Positions 17,359-26,270 of a stretch of DNA of 43,717 bases are shown here, one piece after another. The translations under genes and the position numbers were made by a program. The stretch covers positions 1 through 43,717 of the forward strand of contig JAWOID010000009.1 in NCBI GenBank assembly GCA_046484865.1, written 5' to 3'. Origin of the DNA: Candidatus Krumholzibacteriia bacterium. Its GTDB lineage: Bacteria; Krumholzibacteriota; Krumholzibacteriia; LZORAL124-64-63. Within the stretch, counting starts at the first letter, position 1, and every line of letters starts with the position of its first letter. Below the pieces are notes generated by a model. It had not been told where the DNA came from and did not search any database. It saw nothing but the letters and a program-made list of their open reading frames with translations.

Positions 17359-19320
17359 TCACTTCACGAGCGCCATGCGGATCGACTGCCGGAACGACCC
17401 CACCTGGAGCCGGCAGAAGTACACCCCGGTCGCCACATTGTGGCCGGCGTCGTCGCGCCCGTCCCAGAGCGCCGCCCTGCGGCCCGGCGGCAAGCGGTCG
17501 CCGCTGATCAGTCTCCGCACCAGACGGCCCGAGACGTCGTAGATGCGCAGATCGACGCTGCCGGTTCGAGGAAGATCGAAGCGGATCGTGGTCGAGGGGT
17601 TGAACGGATTCGGATGATTCTGCACCAGCCGCAACTCCGTGGGCAGGGCCACGTCCGCGCTGCTGGCGGTGACGGGTGAAGTCGCGTCGCTCTCGTTGCC
17701 CGCATGGTCGAGGGTCGAGACGCGGTAATGATGGCTCCAGTCGCCCTGGGGATCGGTCCACTGGTTGCCGGTCGTCTCGTGGACGAGAGACTCCGGTCCC
17801 GGAACGAAGTCGGCAGTCGGGCCCCGGTAGATGCGGTGGTACTGGAAGTCCGGTTCGGTGGGTGGGTCCCAGTTCAGTGCATTGCCCGCGGTCGCGTACG
17901 TCACGAGCAGACCGGTGGGCACCGCCGGGGCCAGGTCGTCGGTCGAGTAGCCGCTGTCCGGAGCGCCGTCGAAGAATATCGCCGGTTCGGTCGTGTGGGC
18001 GGAGACGAAGTAATGCGTCCGGAACGGCGGTTCGCCCGCGACCGAATCGGCCAGCGTCGGCGCAAGGGCGAGGTATGTCTCCTGCTGCCGAGCGTAAACG
18101 GTCTGCACGACTTCCCAGACGCCCGGCGGCATCTCGCTCTCCGCCTTCTCCGCCCGCACGGCGTACCGCCGGTCGCCGAGCACGAAGAGGCCCGGCCCGG
18201 TGCCGCCCGTAACGTCGAGAACGGACGCCACCAGCGCCGGATCCTCGACCCGGCGATGCACGTTGTACCCGACCACCGCCGTGTCCGGCCAGCTTCCACG
18301 AGACATGTCGAGGCCGCAGCGGGTGAAATGGATCCGCACCCAGCCGCCCTGATCGGCAGGAACGTCGACGATCGAATCGATGCGTGCGGGTTGCAGTTCG
18401 TACGTGGTCTGGAACGTGACCGTGCCGAGGGGCGGCAACGCGAGCGACTCGCTCGCCGGCTGCGGACTCCAGCCGGCGATGGTACCCCAGGTGACCAGGT
18501 AGGTGCCCGCCTCGCTTCCGGCCAGCGTCGCATCGCCAGCCCCCTCGACGTTCCCTCCGGGACCCGAGATCATCCAGGACGCCACCAGAGGATCGGGTGA
18601 CGGATCCAGCACGATGGTTCCCTGCACGCTGGTGGTGTAGTAGGGGCCGAGGAAGATTCTGCGGTCGCCGGCCGCGTACGTGCCCACGGGGTACCAGATC
18701 AGGTGACCGGCCACCTCGTGGCCGTCGATCGCACCTCGGGCCAGCCCCGAGCCGAGCAGTGCCAGTTCAAGAGCATAGTCCGCGCCGGCGCCACCGAAGC
18801 GAGCGGCGCCCGACGCTATCACTGCCGGCGCCGTTGCGACGGCATCATTCGCCAGGCTGGGCCCCGTTGCGGCGGACTTCCCGAGCAGCGCGATCTCGAG
18901 CGCCGAGAGCCGCGCCTCGAGGTCAGGGCGCGCGTGGCTGCCGAGACCGGGGTAGAACGCGATCCTGCCGCCGGCAGCATCGCCGGCGACCTCGATACCG
19001 TCGACCTCGATCTCGAGGTGATACAGCTGCTCGACGTCCAGCGAGAGCGGCGTGACCGCACCCAGCACGACATCGAAGAGACCGGTCGCGATGGCTCCCG
19101 CGAAATCCGCGCCCGAATCGTAGATCATCGTTCCGCCGGTGGCGGAGTCGTAAATCCGTACCGCGAGACTCCCGGCGGCCACAGGCACGCCGGCGGCGTT
19201 CATCGCCCGTCCCTGGAAATCCAGGAGATGCGGCGTCGGCGAAGCCGCAACCGCCGGCCATGCAGCGAGGATGGCTGCGAGGAAAACGGGGACCGTTACG
19301 CCGTCGATTGCGCGCCGCAT
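17359..19320 (-). CDS. Secreted multidomain protein with FN3-like domain and C-terminal FlgD-Ig (secretion-tail-like) domain
   Basis: Signal peptide; FN3-like segment APAVPTGL...LNWD...YHRIYRG; C-terminus NHPNPFNPSTTIRFDLP...YDVSGRLVR...WDGRDDAG...GVYFCRL. Confidence 0.85.
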   Translation of the reverse strand: MRRAIDGVTVPVFLAAILAAWPAVAASPTPHLLDFQGRAMNAAGVPVAAGSLAVRIYDSATGGTMIYDSGADFAGAIATGLFDVVLGAVTPLSLDVEQLYHLEIEVDGIEVAGDAAGGRIAFYPGLGSHARPDLEARLSALEIALLGKSAATGPSLANDAVATAPAVIASGAARFGGAGADYALELALLGSGLARGAIDGHEVAGHLIWYPVGTYAAGDRRIFLGPYYTTSVQGTIVLDPSPDPLVASWMISGPGGNVEGAGDATLAGSEAGTYLVTWGTIAGWSPQPASESLALPPLGTVTFQTTYELQPARIDSIVDVPADQGGWVRIHFTRCGLDMSRGSWPDTAVVGYNVHRRVEDPALVASVLDVTGGTGPGLFVLGDRRYAVRAEKAESEMPPGVWEVVQTVYARQQETYLALAPTLADSVAGEPPFRTHYFVSAHTTEPAIFFDGAPDSGYSTDDLAPAVPTGLLVTYATAGNALNWDPPTEPDFQYHRIYRGPTADFVPGPESLVHETTGNQWTDPQGDWSHHYRVSTLDHAGNESDATSPVTASSADVALPTELRLVQNHPNPFNPSTTIRFDLPRTGSVDLRIYDVSGRLVRRLISGDRLPPGRRAALWDGRDDAGHNVATGVYFCRLQVGSFRQSIRMALVK

Positions 19321-19337
19321 GATCGTTCTCCCTCACC

Positions 19338-21329
19338 CTAGTTGACGCCGGTCTCCGCCACGTCGCCGGCGACCCCGTCCGTGCCAGGGTTGCCCGGCGA
19401 CCCACCGCCCGCGCCACCGCTGCCGGCCGCCCCGCCCGCGAAGGTATTCAGAGAGGCGTAAGGCGGAGCCCCCGAAGCATTCGAGAGGTAGACGCCGTAC
19501 GCGCTGCCCCCGGCGCCGCCGCCGCCACCGCCACCGTTACCGCCCCGGCCGCCCGGACCACCGGCCCCGGCCGGACCGGGGCACAGCAGGGACGCCGCCG
19601 TTCCGCCGGCGCCACCGCCCCCCCCCGCGCCGCCCAGGCCGCCCATTCCGCCACGGCCGCCGGAGCCCCCTCGGCCCAGATCGATGCGGCAGTTCTGGAT
19701 CGTCGGCGCCGATCCGCCGTACACGAAGATCCCGAAGGAGCCACCGCCACCGCCGCCACCGCCGCCGCCGGCGCCACCCGCGCCGCCGGCACCGCCGCCA
19801 CCGCCATGGGCACCCAGCTGATCGGTCGCCGAGCCGGATCCCTCTGCGCCGCCACCGGCACCGCCGCCGCCGCCGCCACCGCCGTGGCCGGCGTTCTCGC
19901 CTGAGGACCCCATCTGGGCGATCCACTCGCCCGCGACGATCACTCCCGTCGGAATGGTCGCTCCGGCGCCTCCGCTGCCGTTCCCGCCATCGCCGCCGGA
20001 GCCGCCGCCCGAGCCGTCCCGACTCGCCGCCGCGGGGTAGCAGACCGCGCCGTCATAACTGGAGTCGGCTCCGCCCAATCCCCCGGCGCCGCCCGGACCT
20101 CCCAGCGCGCCTGGTCCGGACATGCCCGCGGCGCCGTCGCCGGCGGAGGTGGACGTGTCGTAGATCGGCGCGCAGAAGTTGCCGCCGCCCGCGCCGCCGC
20201 TCAGGTCGACGAGGCCGACCGTGAAGACGCCACCGTTGGCGTACTGTCGATCGAAGTAGGAGGTGCAGTCGATCTGGCCGGTGTCGAACGCGTCGTAGGC
20301 GCTGTCCGGTTGACCCGAACTGCCCCCGCCCGACGTGCCATCGCCTCCGGAGATCCCATCGCTCCCGGCGAGGCCGGGCCCCCCGTCGCCTGCGTGGACC
20401 CGAAGGTTCAGCAGACTGAGCCCGCTGCAATCGCGTACCCATACGGCGCAGGAACTGGCGCCCGGGCCCCCGTTGCGTCCGAGCACCAGGAAGCCTTCGA
20501 CCGTCGTCGGCTGAGCGAGCCCGTCGGCAATCAGGGTCTTCGGGGCGCCCGGTCCGGTGGTGCCGGCCAGCATCGTGGCGCTGGAGGACACGTTGCGTTC
20601 CCAGGTCCCCGGTCGGTAACCGCCCTTCAGGTCCACGCCGTTCTCGAGCGTCACCGACTCGTCGTAGTAACCGTCGGCCACGTAGACCGTGTGACGGCCG
20701 CTCGCCGTCGCCCGCATGATGCCGAAATTCACCGATCGGCACGGATAGTTGCCGGTGCCCTCCGGGCCGAAGCCGCAGCCGCCGTCGTCCACGGCCGCTG
20801 GTGAATCGATCGAGACGTAGATCCCGCCCGCGTCGAGAAGGAACTCGCAGCCGTCGGCCGGATTGCCGTTCAGGTCGAACTCACCGGGACTGCAGGTGAG
20901 GAAGACGACGGACTCGAGGATCGTGAGCCGGTCTTCCAGGTCCTGCCGCTCGTGGCTGCCGCCCCCTGGATAGAACGGCTGCCTGCCTGCAGCGGCGTCG
21001 CCGACCACCTCCTGGCCATTGACATCGACCTCGAGGAAGTACTGCCGCGTGTTGTCCAGACTCAGAGGCGTGACGCTGCCGAGGACGACGCTGAAGAGCC
21101 CGTCCTGCACCTCGCCGGTGAAGTCGATACCGGAATCGTAAACGAGCACGCCTCCGGCGGCCGCATCGTAGATGCGCACAGCCACGTCACCGGTACCGAG
21201 GGGCTGTCCCGCGCTGTCCAGCGCCCTCCCCTGGAAGGAGATCAGGTGAGGTGTGGATGTCCCGGCACTGCAGGGGACACAGCCCAGCGCCAGCACGGCC
21301 GCCACCAGTGCAACCCATGCGAACTTCAT
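19338..21329 (-). CDS. Secreted Gly-rich (PGRS-like) protein with beta-helix-like region
   Basis: Signal MKFAWVALVAAVLALG; N-terminal module paralogous to that of 17359-19320; CSPGEFDLNGNPADGCE; VYVADGYYDESVTL..GV.L.GGY; long poly-Gly tracts. Confidence 0.82.
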   Translation of the reverse strand: MKFAWVALVAAVLALGCVPCSAGTSTPHLISFQGRALDSAGQPLGTGDVAVRIYDAAAGGVLVYDSGIDFTGEVQDGLFSVVLGSVTPLSLDNTRQYFLEVDVNGQEVVGDAAAGRQPFYPGGGSHERQDLEDRLTILESVVFLTCSPGEFDLNGNPADGCEFLLDAGGIYVSIDSPAAVDDGGCGFGPEGTGNYPCRSVNFGIMRATASGRHTVYVADGYYDESVTLENGVDLKGGYRPGTWERNVSSSATMLAGTTGPGAPKTLIADGLAQPTTVEGFLVLGRNGGPGASSCAVWVRDCSGLSLLNLRVHAGDGGPGLAGSDGISGGDGTSGGGSSGQPDSAYDAFDTGQIDCTSYFDRQYANGGVFTVGLVDLSGGAGGGNFCAPIYDTSTSAGDGAAGMSGPGALGGPGGAGGLGGADSSYDGAVCYPAAASRDGSGGGSGGDGGNGSGGAGATIPTGVIVAGEWIAQMGSSGENAGHGGGGGGGGAGGGAEGSGSATDQLGAHGGGGGAGGAGGAGGGGGGGGGGSFGIFVYGGSAPTIQNCRIDLGRGGSGGRGGMGGLGGAGGGGGAGGTAASLLCPGPAGAGGPGGRGGNGGGGGGGAGGSAYGVYLSNASGAPPYASLNTFAGGAAGSGGAGGGSPGNPGTDGVAGDVAETGVN

Positions 21330-21500
21330 CGCACAACCCCCATCGTTTTCGGAAGCATGAGACGATCGGTGGCCGCCTCGTCTCCCCGGCAAGGCGCACG
21401 TCCCGAAAGCAGTATAGGGTATCCCCAGCCGTCGCGGTGGAAAAATGTCGAGGGGAGCCGCAGCTCCCAGCGGCCGTGTCGCAGCCCGGCGGGTGGCAGC

Positions 21501-22010
21501 CTAGAGGAACAACCCGACCGTGAACTTGGCGTCCGGAGAATCGGCCAGTCCGAGCTTCAGCTCCAGGAACAGGCTGTTGCCGCTCGACAGGCGGCGGCGC
21601 ATCCCACCGAGAACGTTCAGGCCCAGGTCGGTGTCCGAGCCGTCGTGGCCGACCAGGTCGTCGTCCCAGTTCACCCAGTTGATCCCGAGCCCGCCGCCGA
21701 CGTAGAAGCTCCAGGGGCGCTCCACCGCCTGCGGGAAGCGGTAGATCAGTTCCGGGTTGATGGCGACGACCGTGACGTGGTCGCCGAACCCGACCTCGAT
21801 GTTCGGCACGAAGCGGCCGTCGGGAAACAGTTCCCCGGCGTCGACGTGGAACCCCACGTGCACCTGGTCCGGGTCGATGGTGACGCCCGCGCGCGGGCCC
21901 CAGGCGGTGCTCGCGGCGGCGGTGGCGACGAGCGCCGGAACCATGGTGGTCAGGACCGCGGCGAGCATGGCGACGCAGGCCGCCACGGCATGGACATGGA
22001 ATCGCTTCAT
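21501..22010 (-). CDS. Small outer-membrane beta-barrel protein
   Basis: GGAGG RBS and signal peptide, followed by amphipathic strands (FYVGGGLGINW, DLGLNVLGG, LFLELKLG, AKFTVGLFL). Confidence 0.8.
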   Translation of the reverse strand: MKRFHVHAVAACVAMLAAVLTTMVPALVATAAASTAWGPRAGVTIDPDQVHVGFHVDAGELFPDGRFVPNIEVGFGDHVTVVAINPELIYRFPQAVERPWSFYVGGGLGINWVNWDDDLVGHDGSDTDLGLNVLGGMRRRLSSGNSLFLELKLGLADSPDAKFTVGLFL

Positions 22011-22564
22011 CTCTCTCGCGCCTCCCGGGCGCCGGCGTTCGGCGCCATCGCGGATCTCACTGGACGACTCGCCCTTCCCGGACCGCACCGGGTACGGCGC
22101 CGGTCGGGGTGGGCATGCTCCGTTCCACGTGCCGTCCCGCCGCTCGAGAACCGAGCGGGGAAGGCTCGGGGCACCGGCAACCGTTCCGCAGCGTATCTCA
22201 TGCTATCCCGTGGGGCGTCGTCAATAGTCGATCCTGGTTCGGGCCACGGGCGCGCGAGCTGATCGCGGCGGCGCCGTCGGCTCCGCACCATGGCGTTCCG
22301 CCACCGCGCATGGCGGTTTGCGTTGCAGCGGCGGCGGCGAGGTCCCTGGTGGCGCAGCGACAGCAGAACGAGCATGGCGGTCCCCGCCATGCTTTCCCGG
22401 CGGGTGGCTCAGGGCGATTTCGATGCGAGTTCTCATTGATCAAGTCGTTGCCTGTCAAAGAATTGATCGATATGCCTTCACAAATTCCGGGCCGAATGGC
22501 GCGTATACGACTAGCAAGTGTCCGGGGGGCACGCAACGGCCTGTTGCTCGTGGGAGGTAACACC

Positions 22565-23185
22565 ATGAAGAAGATGCTAGTCGTCCTGATCGTCGCACTG
22601 ATGGCGTCGGCCGCGGCCGCCCAGGACACCGGAACGGACAGCTTCGGCCTCTACTTCGACGCTGAGTTGACCCAGAACGAGATCGTGATCGGGACCGGGA
22701 CCCCGTTCAACATGTACCTGGCGATCGCTGGACCGACCGTGCGATCCGCCGCCGCCCTGGAAGTCCAGTTGCAGCTGGTGCCGAGCGATGCGTTCCTGTT
22801 CGTCAACGCGACGGAGTGGATCGGCACCGAAGGCATCGACATCCTTGGAGACGCGTTTGGCTTCATCGTGGGCTTCGGCACGCCGATCGAGGCTGCGGAC
22901 GGCTACATCTACCTCGGGTACATGAACCTGACGTCGTTCGCGCCGGCGGTTCAGTTCCTTGCCGGACCGGTTGAGCAGGCCAGCGTCCCGAACGAGGCCG
23001 TCTACGTCGACGGAGACGACTTCGGTAACCTGGTCATCATGGAGTTCGCGACCGACGAGAACGGCATGGGGCGCGGCCCCGATGGCTGGCTGCTCCCCGG
23101 CTACGAGCTGGCCGCCGTCAACGCGGACGCTGCCACCAGCGCCGAGAACGCCACCTGGACGCAGGTGAAGGGGCTGTTCCGGTAA
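22565..23185 (+). CDS. Secreted hypothetical protein with C-terminal TWTQVKGLFR motif
   Basis: GGAGG RBS, signal MKKMLVVLIVALMASAAAA, an FGLYFD segment, and the end ...SAENATWTQVKGLFR. Confidence 0.85.
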   Translation: MKKMLVVLIVALMASAAAAQDTGTDSFGLYFDAELTQNEIVIGTGTPFNMYLAIAGPTVRSAAALEVQLQLVPSDAFLFVNATEWIGTEGIDILGDAFGFIVGFGTPIEAADGYIYLGYMNLTSFAPAVQFLAGPVEQASVPNEAVYVDGDDFGNLVIMEFATDENGMGRGPDGWLLPGYELAAVNADAATSAENATWTQVKGLFR

Positions 23186-23218
23186 GCCGGACCGGCTCGA
23201 GGTTCGCGCGCGGGAAAC

Positions 23219-23243
23219 GCCCGGGCGGCTCTGCCGCCCGGGC
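23219..23243 (+). terminator. Hairpin downstream of the 22565-23185 gene
   Basis: GCCCGGGCGGC-TCT-GCCGCCCGGGC; no U tract. Confidence 0.45.
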
Positions 23244-23561
23244 ACCGGTCTGGACACCGACCGACCAGTCCTCACGAGATTGACCGTGCCGCGATCCTTC
23301 GCGTCGATGGTCTTGCCTCCGCCGGCGCCGACGATCGCCTCCGCCCGGGTTCGCGCGCGTGGCCCGGACAGCCGCCTCGATTCGCCAGACGCCCCGCAGA
23401 ACGTTCAGTGCAGGCCAATCAGACCCGGCGCCTGGGGTCCGCAGAGCCTGGCCGCTTGACGGCCGTCCGGTCGCCATGCAGCGTATCACCGGTGCCTTCA
23501 CGGCGATCAGGCCGCTCCGGCCCGCTTGCCCGAGCCGACGAAACGACCCGGGAGCGACGAC

Positions 23562-25436
23562 ATGACTCCTCGCGAGCCGAGATTCTCCGCCAGATCCTGC
23601 CACCAACTTCGCCCCATCGTGCTCGTCGCGACTCTCGCCGCGCTCGGCGCGGCGGTGGCCTGGCCGGCACCCGTCCTGGCCTGCACCAACTTCCTGATCT
23701 CGGCCGGAGCCTCGGCCGACGGGTCGACGATGGTTACCTACGCGGCCGACTCGCACGGCTTCTACGGCGAGTTGTACTACCGGCCGCCGGGCGAGCACGT
23801 GCCGGGCGCGCGGATCGAGGTCCACGAGTGGGATACCGGCAAGTATCTCGGCGAGATCGCTCAGGCGCCGGTCACGTACTCGGTGATCGGCAACATGAAC
23901 GAGCACCAGGTCTCGATCGGCGAGTCGACCTGGGGCGGCCGGCCCGAGCTGCGCGATCCCGAGGGGATCCTGGACTACGGCAGCCTCATGTACATCGCGC
24001 TGCAGCGGGCGCGGACCGCGCGCGAGGCGGTCGAGATCATGACCGGCCTGGTGGAGGCCTACGGCTACGCCAGCACGGGCGAGTCGTTCTCCATCGGCGA
24101 TCCCGACGAGGTCTGGATCATGGACCTCATCGGCAAGGGCGCCGGCCGGCGCGGCGCGGTCTGGGTGGCCCGACGCGTGCCCGACGGCTACATCACCGGC
24201 CACGCCAACGCCGCACGCATCCGCCGGTTTCCCCTGGACGATCCCGAGCATACGCTCTACGCCCCGGACGTGATCGAGCTCGCCCGCGAGAAGGGCTGGT
24301 TCGCGGGGGACGACGAGGACTTCAGCTTCGTCGACGCCTACGACCCCGACGCCTTCGGCACGCGGCGCTTCTGCGAGGCGCGCGTGTGGTGCATGTTCGA
24401 GCGCGCCGCGCCGGCCGGCGAGCACGGCACCGCCTGGATCCGCGGCGAGCCGGACGCCGAACCGGTGCCGCTGTGGATCCGGCCCGAGCGCAAGCTCACC
24501 GTCGCCGACGTCATGTCCTTCATGCGCGACCACTTCGAGGGCACCGAGCTGGACATGACCACCGACGTCGGCGCCGGCCCGTACGCTCTGCCGTACCGCT
24601 GGCGGCCGATGACCTGGGAGGTGGACGGCCGGCGCTACTTCCACGAGCGCGCCGTCTCCACCCAGCAGACCGGCTTCTCGTTCGTGGCGCAGATGCGCTC
24701 CTGGCTGCCCGATCCCATCGGCGGCATCCACTGGTTCGGCGTGGACGACACCTACAGCACGGTCTACTTCCCCGCCTACGCCGGCATCACGGAGGCCCCG
24801 TATGCCTACCGCGAGGGGACCGGCTCCTTCCATGACGTCGACTACGACGCCGCCTTCTGGGCCTTCAATCGCGTGGCCAACTTCGCGTACCTGCGTTATG
24901 CCGACATGATCGCCGACATCCAGCAGGTGCAGCAGCAGCTGGAGGGCCGCTTCCGGGCCGAGGTCCCCGCCGTGGACGCGGCCGCGGTCGCGTTGTACGA
25001 GCAATCGCCGCGTCTGGCGAAGGAGTACCTCACGCGCTACTCCGGTGAAGCGGGCAACGGCGTGGTCGCCCGCTGGAACCGCCTCTTCGACGAGCTGCTG
25101 TACACGTACCTCGACGGCAACGTGAAGGACGAGTTCGGCAAGCCCCGCTTCGAGGGCTACCCCGAGCCGTGGTATCGCGGGGTGGCCGAGGCCACCGGCG
25201 ACCGCCTCGCCATGCGGAAGGTGCCCGCCGAGGTCGCCCGGGAGGAGGCGGCGCGGCAGGAGGCCGGCGAGATCGCCCGGGCCGTGGTGGCCCTCCTCGA
25301 GGCCCGTGGCCTGCCGGTCACCCCCGAGCAGAAGCAGCGCATCCTCGACCACGACGACCCGGACGAGCTCCGCGACTGGCTCCTCGCGGCCGCCACCGCG
25401 GAATCGGCTGCGAGCGTGGTCGGCGGCATGGAGTAG
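23562..25436 (+). CDS. C69 family dipeptidase (Ntn hydrolase), secreted, with C-terminal extension
   Basis: Signal peptide then Cys nucleophile A|CTNFLIS. Motifs GNMNEHQVSIGESTWGG, ALQRARTAREA, GESFSIGDPDEVW and ERAVSTQQTGFS. Confidence 0.9.
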   Translation: MTPREPRFSARSCHQLRPIVLVATLAALGAAVAWPAPVLACTNFLISAGASADGSTMVTYAADSHGFYGELYYRPPGEHVPGARIEVHEWDTGKYLGEIAQAPVTYSVIGNMNEHQVSIGESTWGGRPELRDPEGILDYGSLMYIALQRARTAREAVEIMTGLVEAYGYASTGESFSIGDPDEVWIMDLIGKGAGRRGAVWVARRVPDGYITGHANAARIRRFPLDDPEHTLYAPDVIELAREKGWFAGDDEDFSFVDAYDPDAFGTRRFCEARVWCMFERAAPAGEHGTAWIRGEPDAEPVPLWIRPERKLTVADVMSFMRDHFEGTELDMTTDVGAGPYALPYRWRPMTWEVDGRRYFHERAVSTQQTGFSFVAQMRSWLPDPIGGIHWFGVDDTYSTVYFPAYAGITEAPYAYREGTGSFHDVDYDAAFWAFNRVANFAYLRYADMIADIQQVQQQLEGRFRAEVPAVDAAAVALYEQSPRLAKEYLTRYSGEAGNGVVARWNRLFDELLYTYLDGNVKDEFGKPRFEGYPEPWYRGVAEATGDRLAMRKVPAEVAREEAARQEAGEIARAVVALLEARGLPVTPEQKQRILDHDDPDELRDWLLAAATAESAASVVGGME

Positions 25437-25472
25437 CGAAGCGAGCGGCGCATGTTCGACCGCAGGCTGAGC

Positions 25473-26090
25473 TCACGGCCGTGGATCGAAGCTAACCGCC
25501 CCCTCGCCCCACATCGGCACCGGATCCCCGGCGAGGACCGCCTGCAGGTCGGCGAACGAACCGCCCTCGAACCCGCCGCCGGCGATGCCCTCGAAGAGGC
25601 CGGTCCCCTGGACGAACGTGAACTCGTCCTCGAACCAGTGCTGACCGGTGTCGGGGTCGTAGCCGGTGACGCCGTTCCCGTAGGTGATCTCGATGGCGCT
25701 GCCGTTCGCGGCCCGCATCGAGGTGACGCCGTCATCGTAGGTCATGCCCATCGGCTCGCCGGCGGGCGACCAGGCGATCTGGGTGCAGTGGCAGGTCTCG
25801 CCCGTGACGCGCCCGAAGTGCGCCGCCTGGCCCTCGAAGCGCGCGCGGATGATGTAGTCCGAGGGCTCGGAGCAGCGACCGTCGAAGGTGCTGGTGTCCT
25901 GCCCCGGCATGCCCGCCCAGACGACCTCGGTGACCGACCACATGTAGGCGGCTCGCCAGGGCAGCATGGCGGCCTTGTCGGCGTCGAGCGACGGTGCCAT
26001 GGGGTCGTCGGGCCGGTTCACGGCCGCCTCCTGTCCGCACGCTCCGAAGACGAGAAGAAGCATCGCGACGACGATGATACGGGTGATCAT
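25473..26090 (-). CDS. Hypothetical lipoprotein
   Basis: CAGGAGG RBS before ATG 26090; MITRIIVVAMLLLVFGA|C lipobox; contains GTGLFEGIAGGG. Confidence 0.75.
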   Translation of the reverse strand: MITRIIVVAMLLLVFGACGQEAAVNRPDDPMAPSLDADKAAMLPWRAAYMWSVTEVVWAGMPGQDTSTFDGRCSEPSDYIIRARFEGQAAHFGRVTGETCHCTQIAWSPAGEPMGMTYDDGVTSMRAANGSAIEITYGNGVTGYDPDTGQHWFEDEFTFVQGTGLFEGIAGGGFEGGSFADLQAVLAGDPVPMWGEGAVSFDPRP

Positions 26091-26270
26091 GATGGTGACC
26101 TCCTGCGCGGGCCGGAGCCCGGGGCGGGGGTGAATGATGCGCCGCTCACCGGGTGTGGGGATCGGCGACCTCGTCGTCACCCTAGCCGGAGGCGGGATGA
26201 CATTCCTGACGATGTCATGCGATAATCCTGCGAATCGACCCGACATCCTCCGGCGGCAGGGAGACGGCCC

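Noticed and set aside
19440..20130. GCC/CCG-rich repetitive DNA
   Set aside because: It encodes poly-Gly tracts and has no repeat-spacer structure, so it is not a CRISPR or satellite.
21380..21450. Possible c-di-GMP riboswitch (CCGAAAG segment)
   Set aside because: It lacks the paired stems and GCAAA elements and is on the wrong strand for the neighbouring genes.
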